Notes: generated by a model not told the origin, from the letters alone. 64,000 nucleotides of DNA from an uncultured virus (IMG/VR IMGVR_UViG_3300038303_000074) (IMGVR_UViG_3300038303_000074); one strand, 5' to 3'. Counted from the stretch's first letter, positions 17,102-27,653 are shown. Numbers and translations are program-made.

Positions 17102-17536
17102 ATGGCTAAATCAGCCAGCAGACGAGCGGCCAAAGCCGCAAAAGCCCCCGCCGGGATTGATAACATCATCCCGCTGGACGGTATCGCAGAGGCGAAGGAA
17201 AGCGCCAAGCAGCTGCCCCAGGTTAAGGGGTATAAAATGCTTGTGACTTTATACCAGGTCAAAGAAGTGACCGACGGCGGCATCTACCGCCCCGACCAGT
17301 TGCGCGAGCTTGAGCAAGCCGCCACGGTCATCGGCCTTGTCGTCGCCATGGGTGCCGACTGTTACAAGGACGAAAAAAGATTTCCAAATGGCGCGTACTG
17401 CAAGGAAGGCGACTTCGTGCTCTTCCGCGCCTATCAGGGGTCGCGCTTCAAGCAGCACGACATCGAGTTCCGCATCATCAACGACGACACGGTTGAAGCC
17501 GTCGTCGAGGACCCACGGGGGATTACCAGAGCATGA
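17102..17536 (+). CDS. GroES-like co-chaperonin
   Basis: TDGGIY mobile loop, VVAMG, EGDFVLF, RIINDD. Confidence 0.85.
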   Translation: MAKSASRRAAKAAKAPAGIDNIIPLDGIAEAKESAKQLPQVKGYKMLVTLYQVKEVTDGGIYRPDQLRELEQAATVIGLVVAMGADCYKDEKRFPNGAYCKEGDFVLFRAYQGSRFKQHDIEFRIINDDTVEAVVEDPRGITRA

Positions 17537-18519
17537 GTATGACCTCAGAACTCCCTGATCCCAACGACGTCATGGTCGATGGCGGGTCCGACGAAATCGT
17601 CGTCAGCGTTATCGACGACACTCCTGAAGCCGATCGCGGCAAGCCGACATCGCTCGACAACGTCGAGGAAGTCACCGAGGAAGAGCTGGCCTCTTACAGC
17701 GGCGGCGTCCAGAAGCGCATCAATCGAATATCCTTCGAGCGCGAGACGGAGCGTCGCGGGCGTGAAGCCGCCGAACGGTCCAGCAACGAAGCGGTCAGCT
17801 ACGCAGAAAAACTTCTGCGGGAAAACCGCGAGCTGAAACGCTCACAAGCCCAGACCAACACGGCCTTCTTCAGCCAGGCGCAGGCGCGCAACGAGACGCA
17901 GTACGCCTCGGCAGCTGAAGAGTTCAAGGCAGCGCAGGAAGACGGCGACGCCGATCGCATCCTGAAGGCCCAGCAAAACCTGAACGCGACCCAGATCGAA
18001 AGCACCCGGTTCAACAAACAGGCCACTGACGCAGCTCGCGCTCGTCAGACAGCTGTTGAAGCGGAGCCTGAGATAACGGTGGCGGATCAGATGCCGATCG
18101 CCGCGCCTCAGATGGACTCTAATCAGGTTCAGTGGATGCAGCGGAACGACTGGTTCATGAAAGACGGGGAGGAGGATATGACCTCCTTCGCATATGGACT
18201 GCACCAACGCATGGTCAGTCAGGGCGTAAATCCCGCGACTGATCCCAACTACTATCCGACAATCGACAAGCGTATGCGGGAAGTTTTCCCTGACCGCTTT
18301 AACGAAGGGTCTACGTCAGCTCAAGGTGAGGTCATTACGACGACTATCGCTGACACGGCACGGCCCGCCCCAGCGACCGTGGTCGCTCCTGCGGTGCGAA
18401 CAGCACCCTCAGGAAAATCACGCACAGTGTCGTTAACGAGCAGCCAGGTCGATCTCGCTGAGCGCCTTGGTATAACTAAAGAGCAGTATGCAGAGCAGCT
18501 GCTGAAGGAGATGAACTAA
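17533..18519 (+). CDS. Putative capsid scaffolding protein
   Basis: Acidic coiled coil with VQKRI; C-terminal AERLGITKEQYA; upstream of the capsid gene. Confidence 0.7.
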   Translation: MSMTSELPDPNDVMVDGGSDEIVVSVIDDTPEADRGKPTSLDNVEEVTEEELASYSGGVQKRINRISFERETERRGREAAERSSNEAVSYAEKLLRENRELKRSQAQTNTAFFSQAQARNETQYASAAEEFKAAQEDGDADRILKAQQNLNATQIESTRFNKQATDAARARQTAVEAEPEITVADQMPIAAPQMDSNQVQWMQRNDWFMKDGEEDMTSFAYGLHQRMVSQGVNPATDPNYYPTIDKRMREVFPDRFNEGSTSAQGEVITTTIADTARPAPATVVAPAVRTAPSGKSRTVSLTSSQVDLAERLGITKEQYAEQLLKEMN

Positions 18520-19019
18520 TGACATCTGACCAGCGCAACACCGAGGAAGTAATGCCTCGTCAAGGCCGCGTCTCTAGAGAAGCGGCCCCATCTCGTGAAG
18601 ACGAAGTCCGCAAGACGACGTGGGCCGCAGCTTCTATTCTTCCTGATCCTCCATACGACCCTGACTGGGTTTATCGGTGGGTTCGCACATCACATGGTGG
18701 CGAAGCCGATAACCGGAACGTGTCGATGAAGTTTCGCGAAGGCTGGGAGGCCGTACGCGCAGAAGACCATCAAGACTTGATGGTTCAAAGCGATTACGAC
18801 AGCCGGTTCACGGGCATGATTGAGATCGGAGGTTTGCTGCTTTGCAAATGTCCGCGCGCAGTCATGGAAGACCGTGCTCGCCAATACGCGATCAAAAACG
18901 CACGGCAAATTCAGGCGGTGGATGAAAACTTCATGCGAGAGAGCGATCCAAGAATGCCTCTGAACCAGGCACTCAACGAGCGTTCGACAAGGACTACTTT
19001 CGGCGACGGTAAGATTTAG
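18519..19019 (+). CDS. Conserved phage head-module protein
   Basis: YRWVR...REGWE...IGGLLLCK motifs. Confidence 0.75.
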   Translation: MTSDQRNTEEVMPRQGRVSREAAPSREDEVRKTTWAAASILPDPPYDPDWVYRWVRTSHGGEADNRNVSMKFREGWEAVRAEDHQDLMVQSDYDSRFTGMIEIGGLLLCKCPRAVMEDRARQYAIKNARQIQAVDENFMRESDPRMPLNQALNERSTRTTFGDGKI

Positions 19020-19054
19020 CTTACCGTCTAACGCAACCAATAAGGAGACGAAAA

Positions 19055-19630
19055 ATGGCAACAACTGCCGCTCCCAATGGCGCGCGTCCTATCGGTCTAC
19101 TTGGCGGTCAGCCGTACGCAGGTGCCATCCGGCACATTTCGATTGCGTCAGCTTACAGCACCGCCATTTTCTACGGTGACTTTGTAAAACTTGTCGCCGC
19201 AGGAACGATCGAAAAAGATGCGGGCACTGACGCTATGACCCCGGTCGGCGTTTTCATGGGCTGCTCATATTCCGAGACAAGTCTCGGATACAAGCTGTTT
19301 AACCAACAGTGGGTAGCCAGCACAGTAGCATCGGACGCTGTCGCGTACGTTTGCGATGATCCCGACATTCTTATGCAGATGCAGAGCGACCAGACTTTGG
19401 CGCAGGCTGCACTGGGTTCGAACGTGGGCATCATCCAGACCGCTGGCGACACGAATATTGGAACGTCGAAAAACGCTGTCGACGGATCGTCTTCACTGAC
19501 GACCAGTACTTTGCCGCTACGTATCGTCGACTTTGTTGACGGTCCCACCTCTACTGTTGGCGACGCCTTCACGGACGTTATCGTGAAGTACAACGTCGGT
19601 CACCAGTACACCAACACAACCGGCATTTGA
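19055..19630 (+). CDS. Putative capsid decoration/cement protein
   Basis: Beta-rich 191 aa immediately before the major capsid gene; AAGGAG RBS. Confidence 0.65.
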   Translation: MATTAAPNGARPIGLLGGQPYAGAIRHISIASAYSTAIFYGDFVKLVAAGTIEKDAGTDAMTPVGVFMGCSYSETSLGYKLFNQQWVASTVASDAVAYVCDDPDILMQMQSDQTLAQAALGSNVGIIQTAGDTNIGTSKNAVDGSSSLTTSTLPLRIVDFVDGPTSTVGDAFTDVIVKYNVGHQYTNTTGI

Positions 19631-19656
19631 TAGCCCGGTAGGAAAGGAGACTAGCA

Positions 19657-20568
19657 ATGGCTGGTATCTCAAGAGCACAGCTGCTCAAAGAACTCCTCCC
19701 CGGCTTGAACAAGCTGTACGGGTTGGAGTACGACAAGTACGAAGACGAGCACGCGGAGGTCTACGACACTCAGACCTCCAAACGTTCCTTCGAGGAAGAA
19801 ACCAAACTCGCCGGATTTGGCGCGGCTCCTGTGAAGCAAGAAGGAAATGCAATTTCCTACGACACTGCTCAGGAAGCGTTCACCCAGCGGTATGACCACG
19901 AGACCGTGGCCATGGGCTATTCCATCACCGAGGAAGCTATCGAAGATAATCTCTACGATAGCCTGTCCGCGCGGTACACCAAGGCTCTTGCTCGGGGTAT
20001 GAACTACACCAAGCAGGTTAAAGCCATGGTTCCGCTGAACAACGGCTTCTCGTCCTATAATACGGGCGACGGCGACAATCTGTTCAGCACCACGCACACA
20101 CAGGTCGACGGCACTAACGTGTCCAACCGCCCTGCGACTGCGACAGACCTCAACGAAGCCTCTCTTGAAGCGGCAACGATCCAGATTTCCAACTGGACCG
20201 ACGAACGTGGCCTGCTGATTGCAGCACGCCCACGCAAGCTGATCATTCCGACAGACTTGCAGTTCACCGCTACGCGCATTCTGCAGACCGAACTCCGTGT
20301 CGGCGTTGCAGACAACGACATCAATGCGCTCAAGACCAACGGTACGATCCCCGAAGGCTACTGCATCAACCACTATCTGACGGACACCAACGCCTGGTTC
20401 CTGAAGACTGATGTGCCTAACGGGCTCACCCACTTTAACCGTGTTGCAATGTCTACGAGTATGGACGGCGACTTCGACACGGGTAACGTGCGGTACAAAG
20501 CTCGCGAGCGTTATTCGTTCGGCGTGTCTGACTACCTGGCGCTGTTCGGTTCTCCGGGCTCCGCTTAA
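19657..20568 (+). CDS. Major capsid protein
   Basis: ISRAQLLKELLPGLN N-terminus and GDFDTGNVRYKARERYSFG C-terminus typical of this capsid family; strong RBS. Confidence 0.9.
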   Translation: MAGISRAQLLKELLPGLNKLYGLEYDKYEDEHAEVYDTQTSKRSFEEETKLAGFGAAPVKQEGNAISYDTAQEAFTQRYDHETVAMGYSITEEAIEDNLYDSLSARYTKALARGMNYTKQVKAMVPLNNGFSSYNTGDGDNLFSTTHTQVDGTNVSNRPATATDLNEASLEAATIQISNWTDERGLLIAARPRKLIIPTDLQFTATRILQTELRVGVADNDINALKTNGTIPEGYCINHYLTDTNAWFLKTDVPNGLTHFNRVAMSTSMDGDFDTGNVRYKARERYSFGVSDYLALFGSPGSA

Positions 20569-20573
20569 GACCT

Positions 20574-20609
20574 GCGAGGGGTCGGACCCACTCCGGCCCC
20601 TCGTTCTTA
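20574..20609 (+). terminator. Hairpin/terminator after the capsid gene
   Basis: CGAGGGGTCGGA...TCCGGCCCCTCG stem followed by TTCTT. Confidence 0.6.
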
Positions 20610-20658
20610 ACTGCAACTGAATGCGGGTTATCCCGTGGGCTTGAAGGAGCCTGTTCAA

Positions 20659-21348
20659 ATGCCTACTCATTTTACAAACGGCGTATCTGATCGCACTGAA
20701 GGCGATCCTCTCTATCAGTTCGGTCAGCTTGACCCGACTAAATACCTCACCTTTTTCGACGACTTCATTGACGAGCCGCTGTCCACCGAGTGGACGATCA
20801 CAGCAGTTTCCGTCGGTACCGGCACGTCGGCTATCTCGACACCGGACACCCACGGCGGCATGGCGCTGATTACATCTGCCGACAATGAAAACGACGGCAT
20901 CTGGGCGCAGAAGATCGGGGAAACTTTCCTGATGGCCTCCGGCAAGCAGACCTGGCTGAAGACGCGCCTGAGCATCTCAGACGCCACACAGTCTGACTGG
21001 GTCGTCGGCCTGCACTCCACGTCGACTACGCCACTGGCGGCCACCATGCGCTGGCTGTTCAAAAGCGAAGACGGCGCAGCCACTGTCGAGTTCAACAACG
21101 ACAACAACACCACAGACACCGACAGCGGCACGATCGCCACGATGTCTGACGCCACCTTCATCGAGCTGGCCGCCCACTGGGACGGCGTGAACAAAATCAA
21201 ATGTTACGCTGACGGTGTCCTGGTCGAGACGATGACAAGCATCACCATCCCCGGCGCGGAGATGGCGGTTGGCTTCGGTGCGATCAACGGCTCAGCCTCC
21301 GTTGAGACAACCAACGTCGACTACATCTTCATCGCTCAAGAGCGGTGA
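20659..21348 (+). CDS. Putative virion structural protein (beta-rich)
   Basis: AAGGAG RBS; MPTHFTNGV start; Thr/Ser-rich. Confidence 0.7.
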   Translation: MPTHFTNGVSDRTEGDPLYQFGQLDPTKYLTFFDDFIDEPLSTEWTITAVSVGTGTSAISTPDTHGGMALITSADNENDGIWAQKIGETFLMASGKQTWLKTRLSISDATQSDWVVGLHSTSTTPLAATMRWLFKSEDGAATVEFNNDNNTTDTDSGTIATMSDATFIELAAHWDGVNKIKCYADGVLVETMTSITIPGAEMAVGFGAINGSASVETTNVDYIFIAQER

Positions 21349-21352
21349 TTTC

Positions 21353-22105
21353 ATGTCGGACGATGCTGGCGAACGTGAAGCGGCGTTCAACCTTCGAGGT
21401 CTGAAAGTTGTCGTAGCCATACCGTCCCTGAAAGGCCAGATTGATATCCGGTCTGCAGGGGCGCTTATGGAAGCGGCAGCCCAGCTCGGGGCCAACGGCG
21501 CTCAGCTTGGTATCAACCATGTGTCCGGGTGTTCGGTATTGCCGCGCGCCCGGAACACGCTGGTTGACGCTTTCCTTGAAAGCGACGGCACCCACATGTT
21601 CCTTATCGATGCGGACACCGTGTTCACGGCGGACGACTTGATCAGGATGATCTGCTGGGCGACAGCTAAAGACGTCGTCACAGGGATCGTGCCGAAGAAA
21701 CAGGAAATGCCCCACGTATTCGCAACGTGGCCCCACTGGAAGAACGGGGCGGAGGGTCTCCACACCCACGACCCCAAACTTCCGCTGATCCAGCTTGACC
21801 GGATCGGCATGGCGTTCACCTGCGTCCAGCGTCACGTCCTTGAGGAGCTGGTCCTCATTCACCCAGAGCTCCAGTACGAAGACCAGCAGGGCGGTAAAAC
21901 CCACACCGCTCTGTTCGACTTCGTGCTGAAAGACCGCAAGTACCTTGGCGAGGATTACGTGTTTTGCGACCACCTCACCTCCGCGGGGTACGAAATCTGG
22001 GCCGACCCCACCTTGACCCTGTCACACGCGGGGTCGAAAGACTTTACGGGCAGCTATGCTGAGCTGATCCTGAACAGCAACGCCACAAAGCCCGTAGCGG
22101 CTTAG
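21353..22105 (+). CDS. Glycosyltransferase, GT-A fold
   Basis: RARN, FLIDAD (DxD), GEDYVFC and WADPT..LSH motifs. Confidence 0.8.
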   Translation: MSDDAGEREAAFNLRGLKVVVAIPSLKGQIDIRSAGALMEAAAQLGANGAQLGINHVSGCSVLPRARNTLVDAFLESDGTHMFLIDADTVFTADDLIRMICWATAKDVVTGIVPKKQEMPHVFATWPHWKNGAEGLHTHDPKLPLIQLDRIGMAFTCVQRHVLEELVLIHPELQYEDQQGGKTHTALFDFVLKDRKYLGEDYVFCDHLTSAGYEIWADPTLTLSHAGSKDFTGSYAELILNSNATKPVAA

Positions 22106-22114
22106 GAGGATATA

Positions 22115-22741
22115 ATGCCAGTACCTATTTCGATAACGATGACGCCCGTAGCCAGTGATGCTGACTACATCTCGACAACTGAAACATTGACGACGCCGTG
22201 GGCGCTGCAGCTGGACGGGGTCTTGACGTTCAGCCAGGCACAGCACGTCACAATCACCTGTACGTCTGACGAAACTCTGGCGACCTTTACGATCGTCGGG
22301 ACTGATCGCTACGGCTTCGCCCAGACGGAAGACTTGACGGGGCCTAATAACGGGGTCGTTGTCAGCGTTAAAAACTATGCCTCCGTAGCCTCGGTCACGA
22401 GTACCGCGGATGCCACCGGCGTCACGGCCGGTGTCGACGGCACCTGTGAAAGCCAGTGGATACCCCTCGACTACCGGGTCGGCGACTTCGCTGTCGGGCT
22501 CGCGATCGAGCTGGTGGGCAGTGGCGCGATGACGATGGGTGTCGAGCACACGTTCGAGAACGTGCTGGAAGTCGGGTTCCTTGAAGGGGACGCCGTCGTT
22601 CACGTCCACGACAGCCTCACGGGAAAAACTGCAAACACCGACGGCAACTACGCGTCGCCGCCGAACGCGTGCCGCTTCGCGATCGAAGCTCACACTTCTG
22701 GCTCCGGCAAACTCCACGTCATCCAGTCATCAGCGAGGTAA
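22115..22741 (+). CDS. Putative structural protein
   Basis: AGGAGG RBS; Thr/Val-rich 208 aa in the morphogenesis region. Confidence 0.65.
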   Translation: MPVPISITMTPVASDADYISTTETLTTPWALQLDGVLTFSQAQHVTITCTSDETLATFTIVGTDRYGFAQTEDLTGPNNGVVVSVKNYASVASVTSTADATGVTAGVDGTCESQWIPLDYRVGDFAVGLAIELVGSGAMTMGVEHTFENVLEVGFLEGDAVVHVHDSLTGKTANTDGNYASPPNACRFAIEAHTSGSGKLHVIQSSAR

Positions 22742-22743
22742 TC

Positions 22744-23310
22744 ATGGCACTCTCAAGAGTTACGATAGACAGCCAGGTTGAGGGTGAGCTCACCCTGACC
22801 GCGCTGATGGAAATGCTGGGCAGCCCGCCTGCGGTCAAGAAGGCCCTGGCGGATTTGCGCGCCGGTTCGGCACGCTACGCTCAGATCAAGGAAGACGCTG
22901 AAAAAGCGGTCGCCAAAAACCTTCGCGAGAGCTCGGCAGCTTTGGCTCGTGAAGGCGGCGCTCGCGAAGCCAGCGAGCAGGCTTTCGCCCGGGCAGAAAA
23001 AGCGCAGAAAAAACTGGCGGTCGAACGACAGGCAGCCCGTGCCGATCGCGACGCTGCGAAAGCGGAACTCGCACAGCGGGAAGCTGCGATCACAAGCGCG
23101 ACGGCAGACATTGGGAGAGCGCGAAAAGCCGCTGAAGATGCCGCCAAACGCGCACAGGCTGACATGGACGCCAAGATCGAGCAGCTCGAACGCGAGCGTA
23201 AGATGTGCGCCGTAGACCTGCAGGCTGCCAAGCGCGAGCGTGCCGCTGCGAAGAAAATGCTGGACGAAGCCAAGGATCGCCAGGACGCCATGCGGAAGGT
23301 GCTCGGCTAA
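22744..23310 (+). CDS. Coiled-coil protein
   Basis: GAGG RBS before ATG 22744; Ala/Lys/Glu/Arg heptads. Confidence 0.65.
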   Translation: MALSRVTIDSQVEGELTLTALMEMLGSPPAVKKALADLRAGSARYAQIKEDAEKAVAKNLRESSAALAREGGAREASEQAFARAEKAQKKLAVERQAARADRDAAKAELAQREAAITSATADIGRARKAAEDAAKRAQADMDAKIEQLERERKMCAVDLQAAKRERAAAKKMLDEAKDRQDAMRKVLG

Positions 23311-24168
23311 ATGTCGGATCAAAACGGCCTTAGCAGGGTAGCACCTGCGGATAGCTTCGACCCCACCTCCGGGGCGGGCAAGGTATTGCTGGTCGACGAA
23401 AACGGAAACCCGGTAACCATCGTCTCCCAGGCCGATCAAAAGGTGCTTCGCGTTTCCTACTTGCCGCCTGCAGCTAACGTCTTTTTCGGCTTCGGAGAAC
23501 ACGAATATTCCGGCACGAAAACCAATGCTGATCTATGGGGTGGACCTACTGACATACAACCTGAACCTGACACTGGTGGGTATGCGCTATACATAAAATC
23601 AGATAGTACCGATGATGATACAACAGGTGATGGCGCACAGACGATTCATGTTCACTACCTTGACACAGCGGGAGCAGAGCAAACTGTTTCAGCGGACTGT
23701 AATGGTACAGCAGAAGTAGATACTGGTATTGCTGACTGTATGTTTGTAAACCAACATCATGTTATAGATCACAACGGAACAGGGCTCGTAGCAACAGGTA
23801 ATATTGATTGTTTAGCTGGATCAGGTGGAGCGGTTGTCAGTCGTATTACTGCTGCTGGTAATCAGTCTATGAGTACAATGAAGCAAGTACCAGCGGGAAA
23901 GACGTTAGTTGTTACAGGCTGGCACGTGTATGGTACAGCAGCAACAACCAAGATTGCAAATCTACGTTTACGTTCCAGCGCACATGACGGTGTTTTAAAT
24001 GCTGGAGTATATCACTTCCATGATGCTGCAAGAGTTAAAGATAGTTCCAGTGGGCATATTCCACTTCAGTTTACGTGTCCGTCATTAGCTACTGTTAAAA
24101 TATCAGCTTGGACAACTGGTACTATTGATTGTACTGGCCGATGGTCTGGGTATTTGGAGAATAACTGA
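23311..24168 (+). CDS. Putative structural protein (AT-richer body)
   Basis: 285-aa ORF abutting both neighbours. Confidence 0.65.
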   Translation: MSDQNGLSRVAPADSFDPTSGAGKVLLVDENGNPVTIVSQADQKVLRVSYLPPAANVFFGFGEHEYSGTKTNADLWGGPTDIQPEPDTGGYALYIKSDSTDDDTTGDGAQTIHVHYLDTAGAEQTVSADCNGTAEVDTGIADCMFVNQHHVIDHNGTGLVATGNIDCLAGSGGAVVSRITAAGNQSMSTMKQVPAGKTLVVTGWHVYGTAATTKIANLRLRSSAHDGVLNAGVYHFHDAARVKDSSSGHIPLQFTCPSLATVKISAWTTGTIDCTGRWSGYLENN

Positions 24169-24860
24169 TGGCAGTCTCAGGCACAGCAACATTCGACCTC
24201 GACTTCCTCGACATCATCGAGGAGGCGCACGAGCGCGCGGGCTCCGAGCTGCGCACGGGATATAACCTCAAGTCGGCGCGCCGGGCGTTCAACCTGTTGA
24301 TGCTGGAGTGGGCCAACCGCGGCATCAACCTGTGGACAGTCGAGGAACGCACCCAGACACTGACAGCGGCGACAGCTACCTATACGCTGGATGCTGACAT
24401 CATTGACCTGCTGGATCACTCGCTGCGCACGGACGCAGGCGACACTTCCGCACAGGTCGACTACACCCTGACCCGCATCTCCGTCTCGACGTGGGCAGAA
24501 CGCTCCAACAAACTGAGCTCGGGACGCCCCACAGAGATATACGTCGACCGCGCAAGAGCAGCGCCTGCGGTGACCGTCTGGCCGGTGCCTGACAGCGCCC
24601 AGACCTACACCCTGGCTTACTGGTGCGTGACACGTATCGACGACGCCGGAGCGTACTCGAACACGGCAGACCTGCCTGCCAGGTTCCTCCCGGCACTTAT
24701 TGCCGGGATGGCGTTCACGATCGCCATGAAGGACCCCAAGCTGCAAGGCCGGGTGCCGACGTTGAAAGCGATCTACGAAGAGCAGTTCGAGCTGGCCGCG
24801 TCTGAAGATCGCGAGAAAGCACCGCTGGTATTCGTACCTCCACAGGACCTCGGCCTGTGA
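24168..24860 (+). CDS. Putative head-tail adaptor protein
   Basis: DIIEEAHERAG, EWANRGINLW and VWPVPD motifs. Confidence 0.7.
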   Translation: MAVSGTATFDLDFLDIIEEAHERAGSELRTGYNLKSARRAFNLLMLEWANRGINLWTVEERTQTLTAATATYTLDADIIDLLDHSLRTDAGDTSAQVDYTLTRISVSTWAERSNKLSSGRPTEIYVDRARAAPAVTVWPVPDSAQTYTLAYWCVTRIDDAGAYSNTADLPARFLPALIAGMAFTIAMKDPKLQGRVPTLKAIYEEQFELAASEDREKAPLVFVPPQDLGL

Positions 24861-25174
24861 GCGCGCACGCACAAGGAAAGATGGCCTTCGGGTTCTGCGA
24901 TCGTTGCGGCTTCCGCTACGACCTGGTAGAGCTGAAGATGGAAATCTATAACCAGGTCCCGAACGGGTTGCGCGCCTGCGACGACTGCCTGGACGAAGAC
25001 CACCCGCAGCTGCAGCTCGGCAAGGCCAACGTGGACGATCCACAGTCGCTGGCCAACCCCCGCCCCGACACGGGCAAGCTGGCTTCCCAAAGCCTGTTCG
25101 GCTGGCGACCGGTCGGGCACCCACTGCTCACGATGACGGGGTCTGTCGGCACCGTCACGATCGTAACGAGTTAG
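24857..25174 (+). CDS. Small conserved zinc-finger-like protein
   Basis: CDRCGF...CDDC..DHPQL...PRPD. Confidence 0.7.
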   Translation: MSAHAQGKMAFGFCDRCGFRYDLVELKMEIYNQVPNGLRACDDCLDEDHPQLQLGKANVDDPQSLANPRPDTGKLASQSLFGWRPVGHPLLTMTGSVGTVTIVTS

Positions 25175-25182
25175 GATAGCCC

Positions 25183-25827
25183 ATGGCCATTACATACACC
25201 CAGCTCGTAGCCGCGATCAAAGAATACACCGAGAACGACGAGACGACATTCGTCGCCAACATCGACCGGTTTATCCAGCAGGCTGAAGACCGCATTCTGC
25301 ACACTGTGCAGCTGACGGAGTTCCGTCGGAACTCGACCGGCGCGATGACCGCCTCGAACCAGTACCTGGCAGCACCCTCGGACTACATCTCGAACTACTC
25401 GCTGGCCTATGTCGATGCGAGCGGCGATCACCAGTTCCTGATCCACAAGGACGTCAACTTTATCCGCGAGGCGTACCCGTCGGCATCGACGACAGGGGGC
25501 CCCCGGTTCTACGCCGAGTTCGACGCCGAGACCTTCATCCTGGCACCGACCCCGTCAGCAGCGTTCGTGACGGAAATCCACTACTTCTACCGGCCGACGT
25601 CAATCGTCACGACTGCGACGACAACGTGGCTCGGCGACAACATGGAAGAGGTGCTGCTATATGGCTGCCTGGTCGAGGCCTACACCTACATGAAGGGCGA
25701 AGAAGACATTATCAAACTTTACAGCGACCGCTACAACGAAGCGCTTGGCCGCCTGAAGGTGCTGGGCGAGGGCAAGCAACGCAAGGATACGTACCGTGAA
25801 CAACAAATCAAACAGCCGGTGACCTGA
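25183..25827 (+). CDS. Putative adaptor/tail tubular protein
   Basis: FIQQAEDRI, LAPTP and LLYGCLVEAYTYMKG motifs. Confidence 0.7.
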   Translation: MAITYTQLVAAIKEYTENDETTFVANIDRFIQQAEDRILHTVQLTEFRRNSTGAMTASNQYLAAPSDYISNYSLAYVDASGDHQFLIHKDVNFIREAYPSASTTGGPRFYAEFDAETFILAPTPSAAFVTEIHYFYRPTSIVTTATTTWLGDNMEEVLLYGCLVEAYTYMKGEEDIIKLYSDRYNEALGRLKVLGEGKQRKDTYREQQIKQPVT

Positions 25828-25828
25828 C

Positions 25829-26119
25829 ATGCCCGGAACCCAAGGAATGCTTCAGGGCGGCAGCGTAACTGTCGTCACAACCCAAGGAAAAGGCCACTCA
25901 ACTGAGTACTTGGCAAAACTGTGTGCTGAGCGTATAGTGTACGTGTCTAAGGACGCTCCGGCCCCGATCAGAGACCAGGCGCTGGCGTTTCAGGATACCG
26001 TGAACGCTACAGTACTGACGTTCATGCAGCGTATGGCTCAGAGTGAGCGCACAACGATGATCGCCCGGCTTGAAGCCGCCGGGCATTTCGACGCTGCCGG
26101 TATCATAAGGAGCCTTTAG
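25829..26119 (+). CDS. Conserved hypothetical protein
   Basis: APAPIRDQALAF motif; tiles in the operon. Confidence 0.65.
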   Translation: MPGTQGMLQGGSVTVVTTQGKGHSTEYLAKLCAERIVYVSKDAPAPIRDQALAFQDTVNATVLTFMQRMAQSERTTMIARLEAAGHFDAAGIIRSL

Positions 26120-26551
26120 ATGGCCATCACACAAGCTTTATGCACCAGCTTCAAGCAGGAAATTCTTGTTGCTGAGCACGACTTCACCCTCTCCACAGGC
26201 CACACGTTTCGGGCAGCGCTATATACGTCCTCAGCGACGCTGAGCGCAGCCACGACCGCGTATTCCGCGACCAACGAAACGACCGGCACTGCATACTCCG
26301 CCGGAGGCGACGCGCTGACCAACGTCACGCCGACGACTTCAGGCACGACAGCGCTGACCGACTTCGTCGACTTGACCTGGTCATCTTCAACAATCACCGC
26401 ACGCGGCGCGCTGATCTACAACGACACGCACGCCAGCAACGCGGCAGTCTGCGTGCTCGACTTCGGCTCAGACAAATCGAGCAGCTCGGGCGACTTCACA
26501 ATTCAGTTCCCAACCGCTGACAGCAGCGACGCAATTATAAGGATCGCCTGA
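26120..26551 (+). CDS. Virion structural/tail-associated protein
   Basis: MAITQALCTSFKQE, ARGALIYN and VLDFGSDK motifs. Confidence 0.7.
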   Translation: MAITQALCTSFKQEILVAEHDFTLSTGHTFRAALYTSSATLSAATTAYSATNETTGTAYSAGGDALTNVTPTTSGTTALTDFVDLTWSSSTITARGALIYNDTHASNAAVCVLDFGSDKSSSSGDFTIQFPTADSSDAIIRIA

Positions 26552-26552
26552 T

Positions 26553-26999
26553 ATGGCTGACGCTGTCGCATTCTTCACGGGCTACGGAGCCGGAGGCTAC
26601 GGGACCAGCGGGTATGGTGACAGCAACGTCACGACACCCGCGACGGCCTCGGTCGGCTCGGTAACGGTCGTTGAGGGTACGGGCGTCACGATCGCGGTAA
26701 CAGGTATCGCGGGCACGACAGCGCTCGGGACAGTCGCCATAAGCGCCGGGGCTACCGTATTCCCTACAGGCGTCTCTGGCACCATGGGGATGGGGTTCCC
26801 CCTCGTCTGGGGCGGCACCGGCGTCTCGATCGCCGTTACAGGTTTCGGCATGGTCGGGTCTTCCGGCGAAGAGCATGTCTGGGGCGAGATCGACGTCAGC
26901 CAGACCCCGGCATGGAGCGTCATTGACGACAGCCAAACACCCGGGTGGGGCACGATCGACGTCAGTCAGTCCCCCAACTGGACAGACATAGCAGTTTAG
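26553..26999 (+). CDS. Putative structural protein
   Basis: Gly/Thr/Val-rich with three C-terminal W..ID.SQ.P repeats. Confidence 0.65.
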   Translation: MADAVAFFTGYGAGGYGTSGYGDSNVTTPATASVGSVTVVEGTGVTIAVTGIAGTTALGTVAISAGATVFPTGVSGTMGMGFPLVWGGTGVSIAVTGFGMVGSSGEEHVWGEIDVSQTPAWSVIDDSQTPGWGTIDVSQSPNWTDIAV

Positions 27000-27011
27000 G
27001 AGCGACAGCAT

Positions 27012-27644
27012 ATGGCAAGCACATACTCGACAAACCTGCGGCTGGAGATGATAGCTTCAGGCGAGCAGTCCGGCACTTGGGACACGACGAACAACACGAA
27101 CCTCGGAACGCTCATTGAAGAGGCGATCTCCGGCGTCTCGGCGGTCACCCACGACGACAGCGCGGCGTATAGTTTGACGACGAACAACGGCTCGACAGAC
27201 GAGGCACGCCAGATGGTGCTCACAGTCGGCGGCACGCTGACCGCAGCACGCAACCTCGTGTGCCCGACCAGCGACAAAGTCTACATCGTCCACAACGCTA
27301 CGACGGGCGGCTACGCCGTCACGCTCAAGACCACCGCAGGCACCGGCATCTCAGTACCGAACGGCAAGGTCATGTGGCTGTACTGCGACGGCACGAACGT
27401 CGTCGACGCTGTCACGCACCTGTCCTCGCTGACCCTGGCCACCGTGCTGGACGAGACGCAAGGCGGCACCGGCCTGACTGCATTTACAGCAGGCGACATC
27501 ATCTACGCGTCCAGCGCAAATACGCTGGCCGTACTGGCGAAAGGCACCGCGACCCAGGTGGTCGCCATGAACAGTGGCGCAACAGCACCTGAATGGGTAG
27601 ACGCACCGGATGGTGTCGCAATGGCAATCGCCCTCGGCGGATAA
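27012..27644 (+). CDS. Tail fibre-related protein
   Basis: MASTYSTNLRLE..GEQSGTW N-terminus; QGGTG repeat; AMAIALG C-terminus. Confidence 0.7.
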   Translation: MASTYSTNLRLEMIASGEQSGTWDTTNNTNLGTLIEEAISGVSAVTHDDSAAYSLTTNNGSTDEARQMVLTVGGTLTAARNLVCPTSDKVYIVHNATTGGYAVTLKTTAGTGISVPNGKVMWLYCDGTNVVDAVTHLSSLTLATVLDETQGGTGLTAFTAGDIIYASSANTLAVLAKGTATQVVAMNSGATAPEWVDAPDGVAMAIALGG

Positions 27645-27653
27645 GGATAGACA

